Notes: a model not told the origin generated them from the sequence alone. Positions 14,183 through 33,229 are shown, counted from the stretch's first letter. The stretch is DNA of 64,000 bases from Eledone cirrhosa (GCA_964016885.1 OZ024742.1:238638001-238702000), one strand, 5' to 3'. Translations and numbers: made by a program.

Positions 14183-14685
14183 TACCTCATTTTACTAGTC
14201 TCAAGAACGCGTCTACACGACGTGAGAAAGAATCCCAAAAGGCGGAGGGGGAGATAGTCACGCGATATAACGGTCGAGAAACAGAGCTAAGCCTCTTATA
14301 ACCACGAAGAAAATACCACGGAGGCGGAGGGGGTATTCATATCGAGGCCGCAGAAGAGGTAGTGAAGAAGGCGAGAAGTATGAGTAATGGAAGCTTTCCA
14401 GTTGTCCCCACACTTCAAAGATTGCTCGACCAGAGGGAGTTATTAATATATTTAGAAACACACAGATACATGCGGACACACACATATATACATGAACGCA
14501 TCCGCACCCAACTGTGAGTTAAGGGTGCCAACTTCACCGATGTTGCTCAATGAATGACTGGGACAGACCAATTCAGTTTGAACCAGACTGAACCAGTATC
14601 AGAGTTAAAAATACATTATGAAGAGAGAAGAAACATTTAGATATAATTAGTAATAAAATGTATCATACCTAAACTGTTCCTAAAT

Positions 14686-14773
14686 TCCTCGACTACGTAG
14701 TTTCGTGGCATAAACAAAAACAATATATCAAAGATATAGAGTCCTTGCGAGGTCTGCCGACTTATCAAGAGGA
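14686..14773 (-). ncRNA. Type I hammerhead ribozyme, copy 2 (identical to copy 1)
   Basis: Same motif at +591; predicted cut between 14691 and 14690. Confidence 0.85.
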
Positions 14774-15085
14774 TACCTCATTTTACTAGTCTCAAGAACG
14801 CGTCTACACGACGTGAGAAAGAATCCCAAAAGGCGGAGGGGGAGATAGTCACGCGATATAACGGTCGAGAAACAGAGCTAAGCCTCTTATAACCACGAAG
14901 AAAATACCACGGAGGCGGAGGGGGTATTCATATCGAGGCCGCAGAAGAGGTAGTGAAGAAGGCGAGAAGTATGAGTAATGGAAGCTTTCCAGTTGTCCCC
15001 ACACTTCAAAGATATGTGTATGTATATATATATATGTATGTATGTATATATATATGTGTGTATATATATATATAAATGTGTACAT

Positions 15086-16170
15086 ATTGGGGTGCCTCAG
15101 GGGACAGTCCTGGGACCACTACTGTTTTTGGTGGCTCTCTCGGACATGCCCTCTGTGGTGCATGCAACAACATCCCTCACTAGCTATGCTGATGACACTA
15201 AGGTAGCACAGGCAATCAAAAACCCGGCTGACGCTGCCCTCTTACAGCAGCATCTGGATGCCATATACAGATGGGCGGAAGAAAACAACATGCAGTTTAA
15301 TGCTGGCAAATTCCAAGCCCTACAATACAAACCTGCAAACACAAACACAAATATAGCGGAACACAGCTACACAGGACCAGGAGGGACCGATATCCCCGTG
15401 TCAAAATCGATACGAGACCTGGGCATAGACATGAGCGATGATGCATCTTTTTCTTCACACATCATGAAGGTGGCGACAGCATGTAGACGATTCGCTGGCT
15501 GGATCTTGAGGACTTTCCTTACAAGAGATCGAGACACCATGTTGACACTGTGGAGGACTTTTGTCCTAAGCCGCCTGGAGTACTGCTCCCAGCTGTGGTC
15601 ACCCCATAGTGTCAAACTAACCACGGAGCTTGAGGCAATCCAGCGAAGCTACACCAAGAGGATTGCCAAGGTGAGGGAGACAAGCTACTGGGAGAGGCTG
15701 AAGGAACTGAACCTCTACTCCTTGGAGCGAAGACGGGAGAGATACGCAGTGATCTACATGTGGAAAATCCTGGAGGGACTAGCACCAAACTTTGGCATTG
15801 GGAGCTGGACCAACCGTCGAACAGGACGTCACTGTGTGGTGCCAAAGGTCCCGTCTTCCACATCTAGAATAAGGAGCAGGTATTGCAATAGCCTGGGATT
15901 CAAGGGCCCTCAACTCTTCAACAGGCTGCCGAGGCATCTGCGAGACTTGCATGACGTGGAGGTGGATGTCTTTAAGAAACATCTCGACACCTTGTTATCC
16001 AGGATCCCGGATGAGCCCACAGCAAGACACGAGGGAAACCTAAGGGCAGCAGCAACAAACTCCCTCCTACACCAGTGGCCAACCTATACAGGCTGGAGAT
16101 AAAATGTGTGGGAACAAGGGCGGTGCCCCAGCATGGCCTCAGCCGGATGGCTGAAACAGGTAAAAGAGTA
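15086..16170 (+). mobile_element. 5'-truncated CR1/L2-group LINE (RT C-terminal half plus 3' tail)
   Basis: Open frame to the stop at 16102: GVPQGTVLGPLLF, YADDTK, WAEENNMQFNAGKF, RDLGI, SRLEYCSQLWSP, ERLKELNLYSLERRR. 3' tail ggtgccccagcatggcc...ctgaaacaggtaaaaga. Confidence 0.88.
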
Positions 16171-22859
<6,689 letters not shown>

Positions 22860-23085
22860 GGAATAGGCAGACCCAGAAAAGCCTGGGACGAGCTGATAAA
22901 CTCCGACCTCACACCTCTCCAAGACAATGTCACTGGACCGAGACCTTTGGCGGTACTCAGTAATAGAGAAGACCCGCCTTGCCAGTAGGCCTCTCTAACA
23001 AAATGCACCCCCGTCCCACCACCCCCACCCCATCCACACCACCCCGTTCTATGTAAAGTTATGTTGGTGCCGCGCCATCGAGGCC
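22860..23085 (+). mobile_element. RTE 3' fragment, inverted relative to the adjacent copy
   Basis: Encodes [16 protein letters not shown] followed by 3' UTR; reverse complement of 23181-23433. Confidence 0.85.
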
Positions 23086-23089
23086 ATCG

Positions 23090-24117
23090 GGGAGGTTTTT
23101 ACCGTGTTGCCTACACGGCCACATTACAGCGTGGACTGTGTGTTTTTTTGTCGTGACACCTACACGATCTCATTTGTTTCGGCCTCGATGGCGCGGCACC
23201 AACATAACTTTACATAGAACGGGGTGGGGCTGGTGGTGGTGGGACGGGGTGTATTTTGTTAGAGATGCCTACTGGCTGGAGTAGGTTTTACTATATATTT
23301 AGGTAAGGCGGGTCTTCTCTGTTACTGAGTACCGCCAAAGGTCTCGGTCCAGTGACATTGTCTTGGAGTGGTGTAAGTGTGTGATGTCGGAGTTTATCAG
23401 CTCGTCCCAGGTTTTTCTATGTCTGCCTATTCCGTAACTACCGTCTATCTTTATTGCCCCTGCACTTTGTTATACAGCTATCGACTTTCATGCGCATCAC
23501 GTGTCCATACCAACGTAGCCTTCTCTCGAGTAAACAACATCTGATCCCTCTTATCTCTAATTTTTTCCTTAGTTCGTTTATGCTTTGCCGTTCACGTATA
23601 TTACTGTTTCACATCCAGCGGAGCATCCAAGCTTCGTTCCTCTCTAGTCTGCGTATATCCTCTGCACACAATGCCCAGGTCTCACTGCCATGCAGCATTG
23701 CTGTTCGTATGCAGGCATCGTACAACCGGCCTTTCATTTTTAGGGAGAACCCTTTAGCAGCTAATAGTGGTATAAGCTCTCTGAACTTTTTCCAACCAGT
23801 TCTTACTCTAGCTACAGTACTTTCAGAGCACCCTCCCCCACTGCTGATTTTATCGCCCAGGTAACGGAAGCTGTCCACTATTTCTATAGAACCCTCTGCG
23901 CAATTGAAAGAGCTAGTATTGTGTGGGCACTTGCTGCTACTTATTGCACCAGAACACCGGCCACATGTAAAATCTATGTTCTTAGTTAGCTTACCTGTGA
24001 TCCCACTACATCTTTTATGCACCCATACTTTGCATTTAGGACATAAAATGGAGTTTCTACCTACGCCTTTCCTACACACCGAGCACGACCATTTCCCAGA
24101 AGGGACCGCCGCCTTGT
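23090..24117 (-). mobile_element. 5'-truncated RTE LINE (PHD finger to 3' UTR)
   Basis: [24 protein letters not shown]...[16 protein letters not shown]...MLHGSETW, close to the ORF at 9942-13061. Confidence 0.9.
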
Positions 24118-24168
24118 TTATATATATATATATGTATATGTATATATATATATGTATATATATATATG

Positions 24169-24199
<31 letters not shown>

Positions 24200-24646
24200 G
24201 TATATGTATATATATGTATATATATGTATATATATATATATGTATATATATATATGTATATATATGTATATGTATATATATATGTATATGTATATATATA
24301 TGTATATGTATATATATATATATGTATATATATATGTATATGTATATATATATATATGTATATATATATGTATATATATATATGTATATATATGTATATA
24401 TATATATATGTATATATATATATGTATATATATATATGTATATATATGTATGTATATATATGTATATATATATATGTATATATATGTATATATATATATG
24501 TATATATATATATGTATATATATATATGTATATGTATATATGTATATATATATATGTATATATATATATGTATATATATGTATATATATATATATGTATA
24601 TATATATATGTATATATATGTATATGTGTATATATATATATATATC
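24118..24646. repeat. (TA)n/TG microsatellite
   Basis: Continuous TA array with G substitutions. Confidence 0.95.
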
Positions 24647-25098
24647 ATCATCATCATCAGGTTTAGCGTCCGTGTTCCACGCTTGCATGGGTTTGGACGG
24701 GGGTTTTCCCACTTGAGGCAAGAGTGGTTGTCTTGCTCGCATAGGACTGTCTGGCGGGTTTTCTACAGTTGGATGCCCTTCCTAACACCAACCACATTTA
24801 CAGTGTGGGGCTGGGAGGTTTTTACCGTGTTGCCTCCACGGCCACATTACAGCGTGGACTGTCTGGCGGGTTTTCTACAGCTGGATGCCCTTCCTAACAC
24901 CAACCACATTTACAGTGTGGGGCTGGGAGGTTTTTACCGTGTTGCCTACACGGCCACATTACAGCGTGGACTGTGTGTTTTTTTGTCGTGACACCTACAC
25001 GATCTCATTTGTTTCGGCCTGGATGTTGTGTGACCAACATAACTTTACATTGAAAGGGGCGGTGTGGGTGGGGTGGAGGTGGTGGGACGGGGGGGGGT
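24647..25098 (-). mobile_element. RTE 3' UTR-only fragment with a 112-bp internal tandem duplication
   Basis: (CAT)n tail at about 24647; 24744-24855 repeated at 24856-24967. Confidence 0.85.
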
Positions 25099-25123
25099 AT
25101 ATGTATATGTATATATATGTATA

Positions 25124-25154
<31 letters not shown>

Positions 25155-25987
25155 GTATTTGTGTATATATGTATATATATGTGTATATATATATATGTGT
25201 ATATATATGTATATATATATATATGTGTATATATATGTGTATATATATATGTGTATATATATATATGTATATGTGTATATATATATGTGTGTATATATAT
25301 ATGTATATGTGTATATATATATATGTGTATATATATGTGTGTATATATATGTGTGTATATATGTGTGTATATATATATATGTGTGTGTATATATATATGT
25401 ATGTGTATATATATATGTATGTGTATATATATATATATGTATGTGTATATATATATATATGTGTATATATATATCTATGTATGTGTATATATATATATAT
25501 GTATGTGTATATATATATATATGTATGTGTATATATATATATATGTATGTGTATATATATATATGTATGTGTATATATATATATGTATGTGTGTATATAT
25601 ATATATGTATGTGTATATATATATATGTATGTGTATATATATATATGTATGTGTATATATATATATGTATGTGTATATATATATATATGTATGTGTATAT
25701 ATATATATGTATGTGTATATATATATATGTATGTGTATATATATATATGTATGTGTATATATATATATGTATGTGTATATATATATATGTATGTGTATAT
25801 ATATATATGTCTGTGTATATATATATATGTCTGTGTATATATATATATGTATGTGTATATATATATATGTATGTGTATATATATATATATATGTGTGTGT
25901 ATATATATATATATGTGTATATATATATATATGTGTATATATATGTGTATATATATGTATATATATGTGTATATATATATATACATA
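25099..25987. repeat. (TA)n/TG microsatellite
   Basis: Array of gtatgtgt(at)n units. Confidence 0.95.
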
Positions 25988-25990
25988 TAA

Positions 25991-26325
25991 TGGAGGCACA
26001 TGGCTTAGTGGTTAGAGCATTGGCCTTGCAATCAAAAGGTTGTGAGTTCAATTCTCAGACCGGGTGATGTGTTGTTTCCTTGAGCAAGACACTTTATTTC
26101 ACATTGCTCCAGTTTACTCAGCTGTAGAAATGAGATGATAGGGACTGGAGTCCCTATCATTCCACTGCAAAGTGGTTGTGGAGGTGCCACGGCAAAAAAG
26201 CACCCAGCACTCATTGTAAATGAGGTTGGTGTTAGGAAGGGCATCCAGCTGTAGAAATCAAGCCAGAATCAGTTCCCGTCCCACCCTTGCAAGCAGGGAA
26301 AAGTGGACGTAAAATGATGATGATG
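25991..26325 (+). mobile_element. tRNA-derived SINE with an RTE-derived 3' tail
   Basis: A-box-like tggcttagtggtt, B-box-like gagttcaattc, central ccttgagcaagacact. The 3' half matches the RTE 3' UTR (aaaaagcacccagcactc...ggtgttaggaagggcatccagctgtagaaatcaagccaga) and ends in (ATG)n. Confidence 0.85.
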
Positions 26326-26554
26326 ATATATGTATATATATGTGTATATATATATGTACGTGTGTACATATATATGTGTATATATATATGTATGTGTATA
26401 TATATATATATGTATGTATGTATGTGTATGTGTATGTGTATATATGTATGTGTATATATATATATGTATGTGTATATATATATATATGTGTATGTGTATA
26501 TGTATATATATATATATATGTGTGTATATATATATATGTATATATATGTATGTG

Positions 26555-26587
<33 letters not shown>

Positions 26588-27246
26588 GTATGTGTATATA
26601 TATATATATGTATGTATGTGTATATATATATGTATATATATGTATGTATGTGTATATATATATATATGTATGTATGTGTATATGTATGTATGTGTATATA
26701 TATATGTATGTATGTGTATATATATATATGTATGTATGTGTATATATATATATGTATGTATGTGTATATATATATGTATGTATGTATATATATATATATG
26801 TATGTATGTGTATATATATATATGTATGTATGTGTATATATATATATGTATGTATGTGTATATATATATATGTATGTATGTGTATATATATATATGTATG
26901 TATGTGTATATATATGTATGTATGTGTATATATATGTATGTATGTGTATATATATATATGTATGTATGTGTATATATATATATGTATGTATGTGTATATA
27001 TATATATATATGTATGTATGTGTATATATATATATATGTATGTATGTGTATATATATATATATGTATGTATGTGTATATATATATATGTATGTATGTGTA
27101 TATATATATATGTATGTATGTGTATATATATATATGTATGTATGTGTATATATATATATGTATGTATGTGTATATGTATATATATGTATATATATGTGTG
27201 TATGTGTATGTATATATATGTGTGTATATATATGTATGTATGTGTA
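26326..27246. repeat. (TA)n/TG microsatellite
   Basis: Array of gtatgtatgtgt(at)n units. Confidence 0.95.
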
Positions 27247-28650
27247 TCATCATCATCATCATTTAACGTCCATCTTCCACGCTAGCATGGGTTTGGACGG
27301 GAATTTTCCCACTTGAGGCAAGATTGGTTGTCTTGCTCTTATAGGATTGTCTGGCAGGTTTTCTGGCTGGATGCCCTTCCTAACACCAACCACGTTTACA
27401 GTGTAGACTGGGAGGTTTTTACCGTGTTACCTACACGGCCACATTACAGAGTGGACTGTGTGTTTTTTTGTTGTGACACCTACACGACCTCATTTGTTTC
27501 GGACTGGGTGTTGTGGTACCAACATAACTTTACATTGAAAGGGGTGGTGTGGATGGGTTGGGGGTAGTGGGGCCGGGGTGTATTTTTGTTAGAGGTGCCT
27601 ACTGACTGTAGGTTTTGCTTTGTACTTAGGCAAGGCGGGTCTTCTGTGTTACTGTGTATCGCCAAAGATCTTGGTTCAGTGACATTGTCTTGGAGAGGTG
27701 TGTGTGAGGCCGGAATTTAGCAAGTCATCTCAGGTTTTCTGGGTCTGCCTACTCCCTGGCTACCATCTATTTTTATCGCCCTGCACATTTTTGTACAGCT
27801 GTCGTCTGTCATGCACATCATGTGACCGTACCAACGTAGTCTTCTCTCGAGTAAACAACATCTGATTCCTCTTATTCCTAATTTCTCTCTTAGTTCATTT
27901 ATGCTTTGCCGTTCACGTATATTACTATTACACATCCAGCGGAGCATGTAAGCTTCGTTCCTCTCCAGTCTGAGTATATCCTCTGCACACAATGCCCATG
28001 TCTCACTGCCATGCAATATTGCTCTTCGTATGCAGGCATCATACAGCCTGCCTTTCATTTTTAGAGAGAACCCTTTAGCGGCCAATAGTGGAATAAGCTC
28101 TCTGCACTTTTTCCATCCCGTTCTGACTCTAGCTACTGTACTTTCGGAGCACCCTCCACCACTGCTGATTTTGTCACCCAGGTAACAGATGTCCACTATT
28201 TCTATAGAACCATCTGTGCAATGGAATGAGCTAGTATTCTGTGGGCACTTGCTCCTACTTATTGCACAAGAGCACCGGCCACTTATAAAATCTATATTCT
28301 TAGTTCGCTTACCTGTGATCCCACTACTTCTTTTATGCACCCATACTTTGCATTTGGGACATAAAATGGAGTTTCTGCCTACTCCTTTCCTACACACTGA
28401 GCATGGCCATTTCCCAGATGGGACTGGTGCCCTATTTTCCTTCCTACAAACTAGAACTTTAGTCTTAGATAGGTTAATTTTAAGGCATTTTGATTCTAGG
28501 CCATGCTTCCATATTTGGAATTTCTTCTCTAGTTCGGCCATTGATTCAGCTATGAGCGTTAGATTATCTGTATATAGGAGTTCCCATGGGCAGCCGGTCT
28601 TGAACTCCTCTGTTATAGCCTGAAGGGCAATAATAAATAGGAGAGGTCTA
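27247..28650 (-). mobile_element. 5'-truncated, decayed RTE LINE
   Basis: (CAT)n tail, 3' UTR, and RT from PLLFIIALQ onward with YTDN replacing YADD; frameshift near the 3' end. Confidence 0.9.
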
Positions 28651-28708
28651 AATAAAAAGATAAAATGATTGCTCTACAGTTTTTTTTGTTTTAATTATTT
28701 TGTTGTAG

Positions 28709-29018
28709 GTCGAAATATTGAGAGTGGAGAGTGCCAGCCACACCCAGAGCATACTCCTTCAAGTGCACTTTTAACCCCAGATTCATCACCCAGCAGTAGT
28801 ATTGCCTCATTTGAGAAACCGGATCTCTACACTGTTGATGCAGGTAATGCTCCCTCTACAAACACAGAAAATGAGACCCAAAATCCATTGTTATTGCTCA
28901 AGTCATCTTCAGACAAGCCTTCCAAGAAAAAAGGTCGGACAAAAAAGCGCCGAATCGTTTCAACACATCGAAATTCACTGTCACCTAAGCAAAAACCGAA
29001 AACCTTGACTAGGCAAAA
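28709..29018 (+). CDS. KMT5A: SETD8/KMT5A internal coding exon (S/T/P- and K/R-rich N-terminal region)
   Basis: T-rich tract plus tag acceptor at 28706-28708; gtaagt donor at 29019; open frame; its phase-2 end joins the exon at 34141 in frame (AA+G = Lys). Assignment rests on splice phase rather than homology. Confidence 0.72.
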
Positions 29019-29109
29019 GTAAGTGTTTTTATGAATTAAATTTGTGTTTTGTTTTTTTAAATTTTAACATCCTGTAATTATTTAGCAGAAAATATTTAAA
29101 ACTGGGTTT

Positions 29110-31760
29110 CATCATCATCATTATAGTGTAATGTCTATCTTCCACGCTAACATGGAATAGGCGGGTTTGTTCCATTTGAGGCAAGTTGGGTCAGGTGACC
29201 ATATTTCGCTCGTATAGGACTGTTTCTGGCTGGTTTTCTACACCTCGGTGCCCTTCCTAACGCCAACCACATTTACAGTGTGTGCTGGGTGCTTTTTGCC
29301 ATGTTACTTACTGCACCTGAACATTGGCCACATATAAAATCTTACATTCTTTGGTAGCTTGCCTGTGATCCCACTACATCTTTTATGTACCCATAGCTTG
29401 CATTTGGGACATAGAATGGAATTTCTACCTACTACTCCTTTCCTACACATTGAGCAAGGCCATTTCGCAGAGAGAACCTGTGCCCTATTTTCCTTTCTAC
29501 ATACTTTACTCTTAGACAAGTTAACTTTAAGACCTTTTGATTCTAGACCATTCTTCCTGGTTTGGAATTTCTTCTCTAATTCTGCCATAGATTCAGCTAT
29601 GAGAGTTAGATCATCTGTATATAGAAGTTCCCATGGACAGCCAGTCTTAAACTCATCTGTTATAGCCTGTAGGGCAATAATAAACAGGAGGGGGCTAAGG
29701 ATGGAGCCTTGGTGAACACCTACTTTTACGCTAAATTCTTCACTATATTCATTGTTAATTCTAACCTTGCTGACTGTTCTTCTATACATGGCTTGTATAG
29801 CTCTCACAAGCTACTCATCTCATAGTTTTCTAAGAGCCCACCAGATTAATGGAGCGGGGAACTCTGCCAAAGGCTTTCTCCAAGTCAACAAAAGCTAAGT
29901 AGAGGGGTTTACTTTTAGCTAGGTATATCTCCTGTAATTGCCGTACAAGGAAGAGAGGATCCGTGGTACTTTTACCTGGCACAAACCCAAACTGCATTTC
30001 ATCTAGATCAATTTGGTACCTAATCAACTGTGCAATAACTCTTTCTGTGACCTTCATGACCTGATCAACAAACTTAATACCTCTATAGTTTCCCCTATCT
30101 AGAGCGTCTTCTTTGCCCTAGTAGCAGTTAACGATGATGCTGCTACGCCAGTTATTTGGTATGACCCCATTCTGTATTCCTTGGTTTACTATCCATGTGA
30201 CCATAGTATATCCCACCATTCCAGATGCTTTCAACATCTCAGCAACTATCTCCAAAGGCCCAGCTGCCTTGCCTGTCTTCATATCTTTTATTGCCTTACT
30301 TGTTATACTACCACTAACTTGCACAGGTGGTCCCTCTGTTGGATCAATTTGAGGCAAACTGTCTTTATCTCATTCATTCTCCTCATTTAATAGTCTCTCG
30401 AAGCGGCACTTCCAAGCTACTTTATCAGTGAGGGCAAGTACACCATCATTACGGACAGAATTTTCCTTGATACATTGCCTTGCAATCCTGAACACCTCAC
30501 GTTTTGGTCCTCGCGTTGTAGAACATGCTTGAACTTTCTATCCTCTGTTTCCCTTCTTGTAAAATGCACTTGTTGCCTACCTTTTCTCCTAGCCATTCTT
30601 TCCAAGTCTGTCTTTTGGCCTTAATTGTGTTCTCCACCCTACTGTGTTACCACCAAGTTACTCTCTTCCTCCCTAAAGGTCTGCTCCAGCCACAGATTTC
30701 ATCTGTCGCCTTCAGCAGGTTAACTTTCCAGAATTCCCACTTCTCCTCTATATCATACGTCTCTAATTACTCTTCCTTACTGTCAAAAGCATAAAGTAAT
30801 ATGTCTTTAAATTTATTGCCTGTGGGGTCCTTCAACTTCCACATTCTTCTCTTCTCTATCGTCAAGTTCGTCCAGCCCTGACCATGAGGTCACTAACTAT
30901 TAGGCTTTGTTGGGAGGTGCATTCTTCACCAGGGAAAGACTTAGTGTTTACAACAGACACTCTGTCTCATCTTCTAGTAAGGATAAAATCTATCTGGCTG
31001 GTGCGCTTCCCTGATCTATAGGTGATCAAGTGAATGTCTTGTTTTTTGAAGTTTGTGTTACAGATAGTTAGGTTATTGGCATCACAGAATTCCAAGATCC
31101 TAAAGCCATCCTCATTTCTAGTACCAAACCCATAACCTCCATGAATCCCATCATAGCCATCGCAATGTTGTCCGACATGCCCATTTAGGTTGCCAGCAAT
31201 AATTATGTAGTCGCTATCTGTTATTTTGGAAGTAGTGAGCATTAGCGACTCATAGAACCTGTCTTTTATAATGTCTGGTAGACCAGATTGGGGTGCACAA
31301 GCGAATATAATAACTGACACAGTTGTTTTATTTAGAGCTAGTCTAATTTTAATGATTCTGTCGTTCATTCTATTTATGGCAATTACCTTATCTACCCATT
31401 TTTCTAACATAATTCCCACTCCACCCAGCCTGTTGCCATTTCCCATCCAGAAAAGTTTATAGCATTGATTTTTGCCCACAATGAATCTAGCAGACCCACC
31501 CCTCCACCTAGTCTCTAGAACACAGCAAACATCAACTTCTTTATGTCCAGGCATCTCTATAACCTCATTTGATCGACCTTTCAATGTGCCTACGTTCATG
31601 GTACCAACTTGGAAATTTTGGAGTTTGCTGGGAGGGAGGAAGGAATGGGATGGGGGCTTAAGGAGGGGTGTGGTAGACGGATTTATGTTGGTCTTGATAT
31701 TCCACGCCTGAAATAAAGAGGGGTGTTTGCGTGCTCATCCAGAGACAGGAGATGAATTCA
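29110..31760 (-). mobile_element. Near full-length decayed RTE LINE with an internal deletion (intronic, antisense)
   Basis: APE (30967-31599), RT pieces (30417-30605, 30118-30357, 29830-30057, 29304-29807) with frameshifts and stops. The PHD region joins directly to the 3' UTR at about 29300; (CAT)n tail at 29110. Confidence 0.9.
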
Positions 31761-33229
31761 TCTTTGTCGTTATGAGTGCTCCGACTCTATCTCTGTAGTC
31801 CATTCATCATACAGAACAACCAGGTCTATGCTTAAAGAGTAGTAGCTGAAGTTTGCTATAGAGATTTGTGTTAGTGAAACCTTACTATAAACCGCTGAGT
31901 TTTGATTGGACCAAATAACTGTGGTGGTGAGTGGGGGTGGGCAGGAGGGAAATGGGTGACTTTAGGAGATGGAAGCATGATGTTTTCAATTGTGGGAAAA
32001 TAATAAATAACAACAATAAATATGAACAAAACAAAATCAGACTAAAAGAGACCTTAGGACAAATATGACAAACTAGACAGAGAAAGAGAAAGGGAGAGAA
32101 AGATTGTAAATGGATTACATTACAGATAAACCTCAGGCTGACAGAAGAGTAGGACAAATCCAGAAAGCTCTATATGAGTGTTTGTTAATTCAACTCTTTG
32201 TAGCACCTTTACAGATCTTTGTGAAAATTTGTCTGTTTTTTTTATGGTGTATATTAACATCCTGTAATGATTTAGCAGAGCAAAAAATATTTAAAAACCA
32301 GTTTGTTCATTCAAATAGTATCTTTACTAGTGGACAAGTTCTGAGAATATGCAGGACTTACTTTTGAACGTGATGCAGTCATAGTGTTGTTACATACTTT
32401 TCAAGAATGTTTGGCCTATGCAGTTTTGTGGTACAGGATGTTGAGTTTTAAATTCTTCTGGGAAATCTTAGGATAATGCACTTCTTTTTAGATTTACTTC
32501 TTTTTTTTTCCTGACAATGATACACTATTGACTGTTTTCAGATTGAAAGACTTTAGTCCTCTTGATACCAGCCCATCTGAATACTCCTCCCAAGCGTCTA
32601 CTTACTCAACCTGCTAGAAATATCAGCCTAATTTACTAATCTAGTATAATCTTAGATACACCTAAAAAGACAATATGGCCAAGACTGATGTACCTTTTAT
32701 CTTAGGTTTGATGAGGCCAAAACAATGTGATGTTTTAGTTTTAACGATAACACATTGCTGTATGTATCTGGTTTAGAATAGTTACACATTATCTCTGCTT
32801 GTCTTAAGAGGTAACTAAAAGGGATGGCATCAGGAAGGGCATTTGACTGTAAAATATTAATCTGTCATGGAGTTTGCAAGGCTGGCCCCTGCTTTAAAAG
32901 GGAAAATGACTTTAAAATGCTCTTTGTTGTTAAGTGTGTACCCAGAAAACTAATTGTATTTACTGATACTGTGTGTGTGTGTGTATATTAAGATTGTGCT
33001 TGATCAGGTACATAATGTAAACTACAGTTGTTCTTTAGTCATAGGTCAGGCCAGTTCTGATCAAGTAGGTCTTTGATCAAGACATTCCAGCTATAACCAT
33101 CTCATCTTATTTTTCTTATTTTCAAATAATGTATCCAAGACAACATTATCGAATGTTGTTTGAAGGGGATATGTCTGCTGTTTCTAGCAGGAAAATGTCC
33201 TAAAAACGTTTGTTGTGTTGTTTATTACA

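Larger units (their letters stand above)
13857..15013 (-). mobile_element. 591-bp tandem dimer (about 1.96 units), each unit with a hammerhead ribozyme; candidate non-LTR retrozyme or non-autonomous Penelope derivative
   Basis: 13857-14422 repeats at 14448-15013 with an exact 591 offset; I see only one difference (G14010/A14601). No credible ORF. Hammerhead motif on the minus strand in both copies. Confidence 0.8.

Noticed and set aside
14258-14485. 75-aa ORF in the repeat (also 14849-15085)
   Set aside because: Short, no recognisable motif, and its N-terminus depends on the unit junction or the flanking microsatellite.
13857-15013. 591-bp direct repeats read as LTRs or a CRISPR-like array
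   Set aside because: The units are contiguous with no internal region, PBS/PPT or TG...CA ends, and there are no short repeats with unique spacers.
14978-15085. Apparent ATG-initiated 374-aa fusion ORF running from the retrozyme through microsatellite into the CR1/L2 RT
   Set aside because: The frame is continuous only because the intervening TA repeat has no stops; the RT lacks its N-terminal motifs.
25991-26065. Possible tRNA gene (similar heads at about 33230, 47060 and 55340)
   Set aside because: No complete cloverleaf, and the sequence continues into a SINE body.
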